Positions 31,408 to 47,120 are shown, counted from the first letter of the stretch. The stretch: DNA of 64,000 nt from Eledone cirrhosa (GCA_964016885.1 OZ024742.1:220162001-220226000), one strand, 5' to 3'. The notes: generated by a model not told the origin, from the sequence alone. Program-made: numbers and translations.

Positions 31408-33208
31408 TTCTCTTTTACTCTTTTACCTGTTTCAGCCATCCGGCTGAGGCCATGCTGGGGCACCGCCCTTGTTGCTACACATTTTATCTCCAGCCTGTAT
31501 AGGTTGGCCACTGGTGTAGGAGGGAGTTTGTTGCTGCTGCCCTTAGGTTTCCCTCGTGTCTTGCTGTGGGCTCATCCGGGATCCTGGATAACAAGGTGTC
31601 GAGATGTTTCTTAAAGACATCCACCTCCACGTCATGCAAGTCTCGCAGATGCCTCGGCAGCCTGTTGAAGAGTTGAGGGCCCTTGAATCCCAGGCTATTG
31701 CAATACCTGCTCCTTATTCTAGATGTGGAAGACGGGACCTTTGGCACCACACAGTGACGTCCTGTTCGACGGTTGGTCCAGCTCCCAATGCCAAAGTTTG
31801 GTGCTAGTCCCTCCAGGATTTTCCACATGTAGATCACTGCGTATCTCTCCCGTCTTCGCTCCAAGGAGTAGAGGTTCAGTTCCTTCAGCCTCTCCCAGTA
31901 GCTTGTCTCCCTCATCTTGGCAATCCTCTTGGTGTAGCTTCGCTGGATTTCCTCAAGCTCCGTGGTTAGTTTGACACTATGGGGTGACCACAGCTGGGAG
32001 TAGTAGTCCAGGCGGCTTAGGACAAAAGTCCTCCACAGTGTCAACATGGTGTCTCGATCTCTTGTAAGGAAAGTCCTCAAGATCCAGCCAGCGAATCGTC
32101 TACATGCTGTCGCCACCTTCATGATGTGTGAAGAAAAAGATGCATCATCGCTCATGTCTATGCCCAGGTCTCGTATCGATTTTGACACGGGGATATCGGT
32201 CCCTCCTGGTCCTGTGTAGCTGTGTTCCGCTATATTTGTGTTTGTGTTTGCAGGTTTGTATTGTAGGGCTTGGAATTTGCCAGCATTAAACTGCATGTTG
32301 TTTTCTTCCGCCCATCTGTATATGGCATCCAGATCCTGCTGTAAGAGGGCAGCGTCAGCCGGGTTTTTGATTGCCTGTGCTACCTTAGTGTCATCAGCAT
32401 AGCTAGTGAGGGATGTTGTTGCATGCACCACAGAGGGCATGTCTGAGAGAGCCACCAAAAACAGTAGTGGTCCCAGGACTGTCCCCTGAGGCACCCCACT
32501 TGTTATCGGTGTTTCCCTCGAGAGGGCCCCATTTGCTGCGACTGCCTGGCTTCTGTCCCTTAGGAAGCCATGCAGCCACTCACCTACTTTTCCAGTTATG
32601 CCGAGTCCGTGTAGTTTGTGATATATCATTCCGTGGTCGACCTTGTCAAAGGCCTTCGCAAAGTCAAGATATATCACGTCTACATGTGAGCTGTCTAGTA
32701 GTTGTCTCAGTACCCAGTCGTAGTGATGTAGCAGCTGTGTAAGGCAGCTTCTTCCTGGGCGGAAGCCATGTTGCGTGCTAGTCAGGCGGTCATTTTCTTC
32801 GAGGAAAGTGATTAGTTTCTTTCTGACGACTCGCTCCATGACCTTACTGATATGCGACGTCAGGGAGACTGGCCTATAGTTCTTGGCCTCCGCTCTACTA
32901 CCTCCTTTATGGATAGGGCATATTGTGCCTTCTTTCAGCTCCCTGGGTAGTACACCGCTAGCCAAGGAGCTTCTGAAGAGCATCTTCAGTGGAGTTGCTA
33001 AGGCTCGCTTACATATTTTTAGGAGAACTGCTGGGAATCCATCAGGTCCAGCAGCCGAGTCTGTTCTAATTTCATCAATGGCGTACACCACATCCTCCAC
33101 CGTTATGTCTATGTGGTTGATGGTTGCCATTTCTTGATGTAGTGTTGTAGCATCAAAGAACTCCTCTGGCTTCGTTATTTGCATGTGCCTCAGTGGACAT
33201 GTGAAGAC
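31408..33208 (-). mobile_element. Second CR1-type LINE family, 5'-truncated, with open RT frame
   Basis: [40 protein letters not shown]; 3' end ggcggtgccccagcatggcc..gaaacaggtaaaagagtaaaagag; lies tail-to-tail with the previous LINE. Confidence 0.93.
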
Positions 33209-34287
<1,079 letters not shown>

Positions 34288-35825
34288 TCATCATCATCAT
34301 CATCATCATCATCAGGTTTAGCGTCCGTGTTCCACGCTTGCATGGGTTTGGACGGGGGGTTTTCCCACTTGAGGCAAGAGTGGTTGTCTTGCTCGCATAG
34401 GACTGTCTGGCGGGTTTTCTACAGTTGGATGCCCTTCCTAACACCAACCACATTTACAGTGTGGGGCTGGGAGGTTTTTACCGTGTTGCCTACACGGCCA
34501 CATTACAGCGTGGACTGTCTGGCGGGTTTTCTACAGCTGGATGCCCTTCCTAACACCAACCACATTTACAGTGTGGGGCTGGGAGGTTTTTACCGTGTTG
34601 CCTACACGGCCACATTTACAGCGTGGCCTGTGTGTTTTTTGTCGTGACACCTACACGATCTCATTTGTTTCGGCCTGGATGTTGTGGGACCAACATAACT
34701 TTACATTGAAAGGGGCGGTGTGGGTGGGGTGGAGGTGGTGGGACGGGGGTGTGTTTTGATAGAGGTGCCTACTGACTGTAGTAGGTTTTTTTACTTTGTA
34801 TTTAGGTAAGGCGGGTCTTCTCTATTACTGAGTACCGCCAAAGGTCTCGGTCCAGTGACATTGTCTTGGAGAGGTGTAAGCGTGTTAGGTCGGAATTTAT
34901 CAGCTCGTCCCATGTTTTTCTGGGTCTGCCTACTCCGTGGCTACCGTCTATCTTTATTGCCCTGCACTTTGTTATACAGCTGTCGTCTTTCATGCGCATC
35001 ACGTGACCGTACCAACGTAGCCTTCTCTCGAGTAAACAACATCTGATCCCTCTTATTTCTAATTTTTTCCTTAGTTCGTTTATGCTTTGCCGTTCACGTA
35101 TATTACTATTGCACATCCAGCGGAGCATGCAAGCTTCGTTCCTCTCTAGTCTGCGTATATCCTCTGCACACAATGCCCAGGTCTCACTGCCATGCAGCAT
35201 TGCTGTTCGTATGCAGGCATCGTATAACCTGCCTTTCATTTTTAGGGAGAACCCTCTAGTGGCTAATAGTGGTATAAGCTCTCTGAACTTTTTCCATCCA
35301 GTTCTGACTCTAGCTACTGTACTTTCAGAGCACCCTCCCCCACTGCTGATTTTGTCACCCAGATAACGGAAGCTGTCCACTATTTCTATAGAACCCTCTG
35401 CGCAGTTGAAGGAGCTAGTATTTTGTGGGCACTTGCTGCTACTTATTGCACCAGAGCACCGGCCACATGTAAAATCTATGTTCTTAGTTAGCTTACCTGT
35501 GATTCCACTACATCTTTTATGCACCCATACTTTGCATTTGGGACATAAAATGGAGTTTCTACCTACGCCTTTCCTACACACTGAGCATGGCCATTTCCCC
35601 GATGGGACCGCCGCCTTATTTTCTTTCCTACAAACTAGAACTTTAGTCTTAGCCAGGTTAATTTTAAGGCCTTTTGATTCTAGGCCGTGCTTCCACGTTT
35701 GGAATTTCTTCTCTAGTTCGGTCATTGATTCAGCTATGAGCGTTAGATCATCTGCATATAGGAGTTCCCATGGGCAGCCGGTCTTGAACTCCTCTGTTAT
35801 AGCCTGAAGGGCAATAATAAATAGT
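34288..35825 (-). mobile_element. RTE LINE family C 3' fragment with a ~112-bp tandem duplication in the 3' UTR
   Basis: ORF 34802-35881 matches the C-terminus of 8376-10961; 34400-34511 is repeated at 34512-34624; (cat)n tail. Confidence 0.95.
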
Positions 35826-36995
35826 ACATATATATATATACATATACACATATATCTACATATATATATATACATATACACATATATCTACATATATATA
35901 TATACATATACACATATATCTACATATATACATATATACATATACACATATATCTACATATATATATATATATACATATACACATATATCTACATATATA
36001 TATATATATACATATACACATATATCTACATATATATATATATATACATATACACATATATCTACATATATATATATACATATACACATATATCTACATA
36101 TATATATATACATATACACATATATCTACATATATATATATACATATACACATATATCTACATATATATATATACATATACACATATATCTACATATATA
36201 TATATACATATACACATATATCTACATATATATATATACATATACACATATATCTACATATATATATATACATATACACATATATCTACATATATATATA
36301 TACATATACACATATATCTACATATATATATATACATATACACATATATCTACATATATATATATACATATACACATATATCTACATATATATATATACA
36401 TATACACATATATCTACATATATATATATACATATACACATATATCTACATATATATATATACATATACACATATATCTACATATATATATATACATATA
36501 CACATATATCTACATATATATATATACATATACACATATATCTACATATATATATATACATATACACATATATCTACATATATATATATACATATACACA
36601 TATATCTACATATATATATATATACATATACACATATATCTACATATATATATATACATATACACATATATCTACATATATATATATACATATACACATA
36701 TATCTACATATATATATATACATATACACATATATCTACATATATATATATACATATACACATATATCTACATATATATATATACATATACACATATATC
36801 TACATATATATATATATATACATATATCTACATATATATATATACATATACACATATATCTACATATATATATATACATATATATACATATATATATATA
36901 CATATATATACATATATATATATACATATACACATATATCTACATATATATACATATATATATATACATATATATACATATATATATATACATAT
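35826..36995. repeat. Regular higher-order microsatellite (~26-30-bp unit)
   Basis: Same unit as 33790-34287. Confidence 0.95.
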
Positions 36996-37165
36996 AGATA
37001 TTGATAGGTAAATATATACGGGTGTGTATGATTGTGTATAGAAGATTATATTAATAAGAGGAATTCCAACTTTGTCTGATTTACTCGTTTTATTTACAAT
37101 CCTTTAAAATATATAATGGTATTATAATGAAATAGTATGATAGAATATTAAATTCTAAGTGTTAA

Positions 37166-37206
37166 TTGAACAAGTACTTTCATGCTTTCGCAATCTTCAG
37201 GTTCAT
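37166..37206 (-). ncRNA. Minimal type I hammerhead ribozyme (mirror copy)
   Basis: Reverse complement of 37308-37348. Confidence 0.82.
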
Positions 37207-37307
37207 AATATGTGGTGACAGTCGAGTTTGCAATTTTCAACTGTCAGTTGAAAATGTCAGTTGAAGCTGTCAGTTGAAAATTGCAAACTCGACTGTCACC
37301 ACATATT

Positions 37308-37348
37308 ATGAACCTGAAGATTGCGAAAGCATGAAAGTACTTGTTCAA
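37308..37348 (+). ncRNA. Minimal type I hammerhead ribozyme
   Basis: tgaac-CTGAAGA-t tgc gaaa gca t-GAAA-gtac-TT-gttca; stem III is the palindrome aagtactt. Confidence 0.85.
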
Positions 37349-37730
37349 TTAACACTTAGAATTTAATATTCTATCATACTATTTCATTATAATACCATTA
37401 TATATTTTAAAGGATTGTAAATAAAACGAGTAAATCAGACAAAGTTGGAATTCCTCTTATTAATATACATATACATATATATATATATATATATAGGATA
37501 CTATTTATGGTTATGTATATATATATATAAGGATACTATTTATGGTTATGTATATACTAAAATCTTTTATGGTTATATATTTTTTTAAACAAACCCTAAA
37601 TAGTGAAAGACAGTAATTTATTACTATCTTATTACCAGTAAGATAAATAGCTCAATGTAACAACATCAGTTGTTTTACAGAGCAGTTATATAGAAATTAC
37701 ATGAATGAAAGTTCTGTTTAAATCATTTAT

Positions 37731-37779
37731 TTGCTTAAAATTGTTTCTTCCAAACCGAGGTTTGGAGTCTTCGGAGCAA
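37731..37779 (-). ncRNA. Minimal hammerhead variant (mirror copy, one change in stem III)
   Basis: Reverse complement of 38980-39028 with caattt instead of caattg. Confidence 0.65.
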
Positions 37780-38979
37780 TTATTCAGTGATTTTTAACAT
37801 ACTTGACCTCCTTTTCAACACAAGAGACATATAGAAACGTATGTATATATTGCCCCACAGTGGGTTGACATCCATTTTAATAATATCGCATGGTAATTTA
37901 CATACAAAGAATACAGTCTTATTAAAGGACAAAATTAAAGTTAAAATTAAAATTAAAATTAAAATAAAAAAAAAAAATTGGCAGTTTACTAAGATAAAGC
38001 AAGAGGAAAGTTTGGAGTAGCCAGTGTATGCAACAGTCACACGTGTGGCATGCACGCATGTCCTATTTATACAAGATTATAGTGCGGCAGATTGTTACAT
38101 GTAAAACAAGCAGTCAAAGCAGGCAATCAAGAGCATCATGGGGGCTGTACTGGTAAAGCATTATTCACACACACCTGTACGATATAGAAGCCCGTGTGTA
38201 GAGAAACACAAAAAATATCAAAAATATATTACAAATGAGAAGCAAAACAACACCACTGTCCTCGTACACACCACCACTCTCACAATCCAGGAAACGCAAT
38301 TTATAGACTACATGTCCATCACACAATCCACGATGATTCAACATTGGGTGCCTGGTGAACCATGCTAGAACATCACATCGAATTAAAGAACGACAAGCTG
38401 TGATGTTCTAGCATGGTTCACCAGGCACCCAATGTTAAATCACCATGGATTGTGTGATGGACATGTAGTCTATAAATTGCGTTTCCTGGATTGTGAGAGT
38501 GGTGGTGTGTACGAGGACAGTGGTGCTGTTTTGCTTCTCATTTGTAATATATTTTTTGATATTTTTTGTGTTTCTCTACACACGGGCTTCTATATCGTAC
38601 AGGTGTGTGTGAATAATGCTTTACCAGTACAGCCCCCATGATGCTCTTGATTGCCTGCTTTGTCTACTTGTTTTACATGGAACAATCTACCGCACTATAA
38701 TCTTGTATAAATAGGACACACGTGCATGCCACACGTGTGACTGTTGCATACACTGGCTACTCCAAACTTCCATCTTGCTTTATCTTAGTAAACTGCCAAT
38801 GTTTTATTTTTATTTTAACTTTAATTTTGTCCTTTAATATGACTGTATTCTTTGTATGTAAATTACCATGGTATATTATTATAATGGATGTCAACCCACT
38901 GTGGGTCAATATACACATACGTTTCTATATGTCTCTTGCGTTGAAAAGGAGATCAAGTATGTTAAAAATCACTGAATAA

Positions 38980-39028
38980 TTGCTCCGAAGACTCCAAACC
39001 TCGGTTTGGAAGAAACAATTGTAAGCAA
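38980..39028 (+). ncRNA. Minimal type I hammerhead, U4C core variant
   Basis: ttgct-CCGAAGA-c tccaaac ctcg gtttgga a-GAAA-caattg-TA-agcaa; GUA triplet, palindromic stem III. Confidence 0.78.
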
Positions 39029-39131
39029 ATAAATGATTTAAACAGAACTTTGATTCATGTAATCTCTATATACATATATGTATATATATATACATATATA
39101 TACATACATATATATATACATATATATATAC

Positions 39132-39168
<37 letters not shown>

Positions 39169-39197
39169 CATATATATATATATACATATATATATAC

Positions 39198-39234
<37 letters not shown>

Positions 39235-39277
39235 CATATATATATATACATATATATATATACATATATATATATAC

Positions 39278-39314
<37 letters not shown>

Positions 39315-39329
39315 CATATATATATATAC

Positions 39330-39369
<40 letters not shown>

Positions 39370-39535
39370 ACATACATATATATACATATATATACATACA
39401 TATATACATATATATACATACATATATACATATATATACATACATATATACATATATATACATACATATATACATATATATACATACATATATATATACA
39501 TATATATATACATATATATATACATATATATATAC

Positions 39536-39566
<31 letters not shown>

Positions 39567-39567
<1 letters not shown>

Positions 39568-39918
39568 GGTGGCTGCCAACTCGTTTTCGAGTACGGCCAC
39601 TACTTTATATCCATGTAGGAGAACCCCTACCGATGCGCTGAACGAGTGTGACATTTTAGTCCAGCCAGCGACTTGAAAACTCTGGTACAAACACTACACT
39701 TGTGACAATTATTGACACATAGTGCTGAGCCCATGGTTCCATGTGACGACAAGTGCAGAGAGATCTCTAGATATAAAGCAATGCCTGTGCCGTGAAACTT
39801 TTATAGTGAGCAAAGGCACTGCACAAAGCCAGTCCCACTCTCTTAACCAAGATGATATTTACCAAAAAGAAGAACAAGTCAACATCATTGGATACCGTCA
39901 GGGTTGCAGGTGTTATAT
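39567..39918 (-). mobile_element. LINE-like 3' fragment with C2H2 finger (copy 2)
   Basis: Near-identical to 6010-6360, with the same 3' end. Confidence 0.75.
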
Positions 39919-40827
39919 CATACATATATATACATATATATACATATATATACATATATATACATATATATATACATATATATATACATATATATATACA
40001 TATATATATACATATATATATATATACATATATATATACATATATATATATATACATATATATATACATATATATATACATATATATACATATATATATA
40101 CATATATATACATATATATATACATATATATATATACATATATATATATATACATATATATATACATATATATATATATATACATATATATACATATATA
40201 TATATATACATATATATATATACATACATATATATATATACATACATATATATATACATACATATATATATACATATATATATACATATATATATATACA
40301 TATATATATACATATATATATACATATATATATATACATATATATATACATATATAGATATACATATATATATATACATATATATATATACATATATATA
40401 TATACATATATATATATACATATATATATATACATATACATATATACATATATATATATACATATACATATATATATATACATATATATATATACATATA
40501 TATATACATATATATATATACATATATATATACATATATATACATATATATATACATATATATACATATATATACATATATATACATATATATATATACA
40601 TATATATATATACATATATATATATACATATATATATATACATATATATATATACATATATATATATACATATATATATATACATATATATATATACATA
40701 TATATATATACATATATATATACACATATATATATATACATATATATATACATATATATATACATATACATATACATATATATATACATATATATATATA
40801 CATATATATATATACATATATATATAC

Positions 40828-40872
<45 letters not shown>

Positions 40873-40941
40873 CATATATATACATATATATATACATATA
40901 TATACATATATATATACATATATATATACATATATATATAC

Positions 40942-40988
<47 letters not shown>

Positions 40989-41391
40989 CATATATATATA
41001 CATATATATATATACATATATATATACATATATATATACATATATATATATACATATATATATACATATATATATATACATATATATATACATATATATA
41101 TACATATATATATATACATATATATATACATATATATATACATATATATATATATACATATATATATACATATATATACATATATATATACATATATATA
41201 TATACATATATATATACATATATATATATACATATATATATACATATATATATATATACATATATATATACATATATATATATATACATATATATATATA
41301 CATATATATATATACATATATATATATATACATATATACATATATATATATATACATATATATATATACATATATATATATACATATATAC

Positions 41392-41468
<77 letters not shown>

Positions 41469-41603
41469 CATATATACATATATATATATATATACATATA
41501 TACATATATATATATATATACATATATACATATATACATATATACATATATACATATATATATATATATACATATATACATATATATACATATATACATA
41601 TAT

Positions 41604-41694
<91 letters not shown>

Positions 41695-41703
41695 CATATA
41701 TAC

Positions 41704-41754
<51 letters not shown>

Positions 41755-41758
41755 CATT
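39919..41758. repeat. (TA)nCA microsatellite
   Basis: Read directly. Confidence 0.97.
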
Positions 41759-41761
41759 TAT

Positions 41762-44436
41762 ATCATCATCATCATCGTTTAACGTCCATGTTCCACGCTT
41801 GCATGGGTTTGGACGGGAGTTTTCCCACTTGAGGCAAGAGTGGTTGTCTTGCTCGCATAGGACTGTCTGGCGGGTTTTCTACAGCTGGATACCCTTCCTA
41901 ACACCAACCACACTTACAGTGTGGGACTGGGAGGTTTTTACCGTGTTACCTACACGGCCACATTACAGCGTGGACTGTGTGTTTTTTTGTCGTGACACCT
42001 ACACGATCTCATTTGTTTCGGCCTGGATGTTGTGGTACCAACATAACTTTACATTGAAAGGGGCGGTGTGGGGGGGGGGGGGGGGTATTTTGTTAGAGAT
42101 GCCTACTGACTGTAGTAGGTTTTACTTTGTATTTAGGTAAGGCGGGTCTTCTCTATTACTGAGTACCGCCAAAGGTCTCGGTCCAGTGACATTGTCTTGG
42201 AGAGGTGTAAGTGTGTGAGGTCGGAATTTATCAGGTCGTCCCAGGTTTTTCTGGGTCTGCCTACTCCGTGGCTACCGTCTATCTTTACTGCCCTGCACTT
42301 TTTTATACAGCTATCGTCTTTCATGCGCATCACGTAACCATACCAGCGTAGCCTTCTCTCGAGTAAACAACATCTGATCCCTCTTATTTCTAATTTTTCC
42401 CTTAGTTCGTTTATGCTTTGCCGTTCACGTATATTACTATCACATATCCAGTGGAGCATGCAAGCTTCGTTCCTCTCTAGTCTGCGTATATCCTCTGCAC
42501 ACAATGCCCAGGTCTCACTGCCATGCAACATTGCTGTTCGTTTGCAGGCATCATACAACCTGCCTTTCATTTTTAGGGAGAACCCTTTAACGGCTAATAG
42601 TGGTATAAGCTCTCTGAACTTTTTCCATCTAGTTCTGTCTCTAGCTACTGTACTTTCAGAGCACCCTCCCCCACTGCTGATTTTGTCACCCAGGTAATGG
42701 AAGCTGTCCACTATTTCTATAGAACCCTCTGCGCAATTGAAAGAGCTAGTATTTTATGGGCACTTGCTGCTACTTATTGCACCAGAGCACCGACCACATG
42801 TAAACTCTATGTTCTTAGTTAGCTTACCTGTGATCCCACTACATCTTTTATGCACCCATACTTTGCATTTGGGACATAAAATGGAGTTTCTACCTACGCC
42901 TTTCCTACACACTGAGCATGGCCATTTCCCGGAAGGGACCGGCGCCTTATTTTCTTTCCTACAAACTAGAACTTTAGTCTTAGCCAGGTAAATTTTAAGG
43001 CCTTTTGATTCTAGGCCGTGCTTCCATGTTTGGAATTTCTTCTCTAGCTCGGCCATTGATTCAGCTATGAGCGTTAGATAATCTGCGTACAGGAGTTCCC
43101 ATGGGCAGCTGGTCTTGAACTCCACTGTTATAGCCTGAAGGGCAATAATAAATAGTAGGGGGCTAAGAACAGAGCCCTGATGAACACCAGTTTTTACGCT
43201 AAACTCTTCACTATATTTGTTGTTAATTCTAACCTTGCTGACTGTTTCTTTATACATGGCTTGTATAGCTCTCACAAGCCATTCATCAACACCTAGTTTT
43301 CTAAGAGCCCACCAGATAATGGAACGGGGGGACTCTGTCAAAGGCTTTCTCCAAGTCGACAAAAGCTAAGTATAGGGGTTTACTTTTAGCTAGGTACTTC
43401 TCCTGTAGTTGTCGTACAATGAAAAGAGCGTCTGTGGTACTTTTGCCTGACACAAACCCGAACTGCATTTCATCTAGATCAATTCTCTCTGATTAGTTGC
43501 GCTATTACTTTTTCCGTGACCTTCATGACCTGGTCGACTAATTTTATGCCTCTATAGTTACTCCTATCTAGGGCATCTCCTTTACCCTTGTAACAGTTAA
43601 TGATGATGCTGCTATGCCAGTCCTTCGGAACAAACCCATTCTGTATGACTTGGTTTACTATCCGGGTGACCATGGTGTGTCCCACCGTTCCAGAGGCTTT
43701 CAGCATCTCAGCAACTATTTCCGAAGGCCCAGCCGCCTTACCCGTCTTCATATCTTTGATTGCCTTACTTATTATACTACCTTCGACTAACACTGCTGGT
43801 CCCTCTATTGGGTCGATATGGGGGAGACTGTCTTTCTCCCATTTATTCTCCTCATTTAGTAGCCTTTCGTAGTGACACTTCCAAGCTACCTTCTTATCAG
43901 CGTCAGTGATGGCAAGTACGCCATCATCGTTAAGTACGACAATATCACGGTTTTCCTTGACACATTGCCTAGCAATCCTGAACACCTCACGTTTTTGGTC
44001 CTCGCATTGTAGAACATGCTTGAACTTTCTTTCCTCTGCTTCCCTTCTTGCGAAGTACACTTGTCTCCTAGCTTCCCTCCTGGTCATTTGATAGTCTTCT
44101 CTACTTCCCCCATCCCGCCATACTTTCCAAGCCTGCTTTTTGGCCTTAATTGACTCCTCCACCTTAGTGTTCCACCACCATGTTACTCTCCTCCTGCCTA
44201 CAGGCCTGCTCCAGCCACAGACTTCGTCTGCCGCCATCAGCAGGTTTGCTTTCAGGAATTCCCACTGTTCCTCTATATTGTACGACTCTAATTGCTCTTC
44301 CTTACTGTCGAAAGCATCAAGTAATATGCTTTTAAATTTATTTCTGGCTGTGGGGTCCTTTAGCTTCCATATTTTTCTCCTGAGGATAGTCCTTTTCTGC
44401 TGTCTAGTACGTCTCGTCCTGACTATGAGGTCGCTA
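41762..44436 (-). mobile_element. RTE LINE family C, 5'-truncated and frameshifted
   Basis: ORF pieces 43479-44436, 42754-43362 and 42133-42711 are colinear with the 8376-10961 protein; YADD has become YADY. Confidence 0.95.
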
Positions 44437-44444
44437 AATAACAA

Positions 44445-44622
44445 TGCGTGTGTGTGTGTATGTGTGTCTGCATGCGCATGTGTGTGTGTATGTGTATGTG
44501 AGTGTATGCGCGTGCGCATGTGTGCATGTGCATATATATGTGTGTGCACGTGTGTGTGTGTGTGTGTGCATGTGTGTGTGCGTGCATGTACGTGTGTGTG
44601 TGTGCATATATATATATATATA
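44445..44622. repeat. (TG)n/(TA)n microsatellite
   Basis: Read directly. Confidence 0.9.
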
Positions 44623-45099
44623 TCGTCATCATCAAATAAATGGTATAAGCCCAAGTTTTGTTTGTTGCATTTCTCCTGTCGCTGCCAGATAAGGAAGATC
44701 CTATCAACAATCCCTTGAGAAGTGTGTGATCCTATCAACAATCCCTTGAGCCATGCTGTGACTCTGATACAGCTCTTGAGACAATGAATTTATCAAGGCA
44801 CTCTAAAAGAACATGAGAAAGCACCTTTCCAATAACTAACAACAAAGATATTCCACAGAAAAAATTTATATGGGGAAATGAGAATAGTTTCAAACCAGTC
44901 TTAGGGTGCCCCCCCTATTTTCTCCAGTAGTGTACAAGTAGTGAAGTAATTCAGTTATCCTTTCCTCACCAGACTTCAAAATTCCTGAACTAATGCCATC
45001 AATACCTGGGGCTTTATTGTTATTGAGCTTTATTACAGCTTTATTACACCAGCTGTTGGCTTAACAGTCACTTCTTTGACAACAGGAAGGTCAACAATT

Positions 45100-45230
45100 T
45101 CCTCAATAATGACTGGTACTTTTTTTTATCAACCCTGGAATAATGAAAAACAAAGTTAACCTTGGTGGGATTTGAGCTCAGAACATAAATAGCCATAACA
45201 AATACTGCAAAGGATTTGTCCTATGATTTA
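45100..45230 (-). mobile_element. Old SINE of a second family; further copies at ~45950-46100, 48185-48390, 48420-48560, 49960-50120, 51290-51600, 53350-53700, 53740-53880, 55330-55640
   Basis: Recurring motif ttttatcgaccc..ggatgaaaggcaaagttgacc..atttgaactca (reverse complement gttcaaat..gtcaactttgcctttcatcc). Confidence 0.75.
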
Positions 45231-46159
45231 ACCCCTTAGCATTTATATTACTCTATATTTACTATTATATTTTCATGGTAAAGTCTTTACCTCTCATAAT
45301 ATCAAATCTATGAGATTTTGATATTATTTATTTTGAGAACAATAACCTTATCAGAATGAGCAGCTGGCTATAGCCAGTTTGAACAGAATGAGGTGAGAGA
45401 ATTCTGGCCATATACAGCCGGGTTAATGACTCAGCCAATCCACCAATATCCTCTGATTCCTGAAGTAATGAAGACAATCGGTATATATTACTAACTAACT
45501 ATATGCCTGTGTCTGTTTCCACTCTTCACTGATGATAACTTGATACAGTGATTACTATATATTATACAGACTACTGAAATAAACTCAGGCTCCGTGGAGG
45601 GAATTTTAAATGCAGTCACATATTTAACAAAAAACAAAAGCTTCAATTTTTTTATATTGTACCAAATTTGCATTTAATTTTTTTTTAAATTGAATTTTCA
45701 TTGCTTTTTGAATTCCAATTTCAGTTCACCCCCACACCACCTTGACACTCAAACACTTATGATTACTACCACAATTTTTGTAACTTAAAAAAAATTGCAT
45801 AAAGGTGTGGTTTCTATTAGCATTTATGGAAACACTTCATGATGATGATGATGATGATGGTTGTGGTGGTGATGGTGGTAGTAGAAGTGCTAGTAGTAGT
45901 GGTGCTAGTAGTAGTAGTAATAGTAGTAGTAGTAATTTCTTACATTGTCCCTAGGCCAGATATGTGAAAGGAAGCATTAGTCAATTAAATTAACTAATAC
46001 TTGACGGATACTTTACTTTTTCGACCCAGGAGGAATGAAATGCAAAGCTCACATTGGCTAGATTTGAACATAGAACATAAGATAGAATAGATCTACAGAC
46101 ATAACACAGTAACAGCATACTGGTACTGAGAAATATGACGGATTTACAAGTTCATGAAA

Positions 46160-46695
46160 ATGGCATTCTTGACTGCTACTGACATCCTGTGATGTGTTTA
46201 CAGAACAAAAGAGAAAAATAATTGTTTTGTAATGAAAAATATCTTTTCTTGAAAGCAAAGCTCTCATATATTTATTCTATATAAACATATAGTATATGCT
46301 TTCACATACACCCCTATTATACTTAATGCTGACTTAGTGCCAATTAATTATAACCAGCCAAGTTTGCATATGCAAATGAGCATTTCCAGCCAATAATTTT
46401 CATTATATATATGCAAATGAGCACATCCATCAAATGTTCATTATGCAAAATCAATATATACTCAAGTCTATTACCATGTCAGCACTGGTTGTGTTAGTGT
46501 CACTGATAAGGGATTAATACATTTTGAAATAGCACTGTCTGGCATTCTTGACTGCTACTGACATTCTGTGATGTGTTTACAGAACCAAAGAGAGAAAGGG
46601 AATTTTTCCATGAAAAACTATTTTTCTTTGATACCAAGGCTCCCATATGTTTATTGTACATAAACATATAGTATATGCTTTCATATACACCCCAA
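46160..46695. repeat. Diverged ~155-bp direct repeat (46160-46315 and 46540-46695)
   Basis: Both copies start tggcattcttgactgctactgacat and end tatatgctttca.atacacccc. Confidence 0.85.
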
Positions 46696-46859
46696 TAACT
46701 GAAAAGTGGTATGATTATCAGCAAAACTCAGTCACTGTCAACAATATTAGCAACAACCTCTAATATGGATAAAGAGATAACAAACAAGACTGACATTACT
46801 ATCAAGGGTTCCAAGTGATCCTGTTGTTTGAAGAACAAAACAACCTAACATTTATGAAA

Positions 46860-47120
46860 TTTACATGCAAGTAGCTAAGCATTCCACAGACACAAGTATC
46901 CTTAACATAGTTCTCTGGGAAATTCAGCATACTACATTATATGACATGGCTGTGGACTTTTGAATTACAGGTACAGCTCATTTTCTTCCAGGTGAATAGA
47001 CTGGAGCAACATGAAATAAAGTGTCTTGCTAAAGGACACAACATGCCACCAGAAATTAAACTCCTGATGAGACGATCATGATCCAAACTCTGAACATTGT
47101 AAACATTAAGTAATGTGCCT
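46860..47120 (-). mobile_element. tRNA-derived SINE, same head family, tail type 3
   Basis: ctggagcaacatgaaataaagtgtcttgctaaaggacacaac is the reverse complement of the SINE central domain. Confidence 0.75.

Larger units (their letters stand above)
36996..37467. mobile_element. Fold-back element with apparently perfect ~197-bp arms and a hammerhead in each arm
   Basis: Arms 37047-37243 and 37271-37467; outer extension 36996-37046. Confidence 0.92.
37496..39072. mobile_element. Non-coding fold-back element (~690-bp diverged arms) with a hammerhead variant in each arm
   Basis: Arms ~37688-38377 and 38399-39072 with a 21-nt spacer; outer extension 37496-37687. Confidence 0.9.

Noticed and set aside
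38138-38979. Small ORFs in the 37.7-39.1 kb palindrome arms
   Set aside because: No recognisable domain; indels between the arms suggest non-coding sequence.
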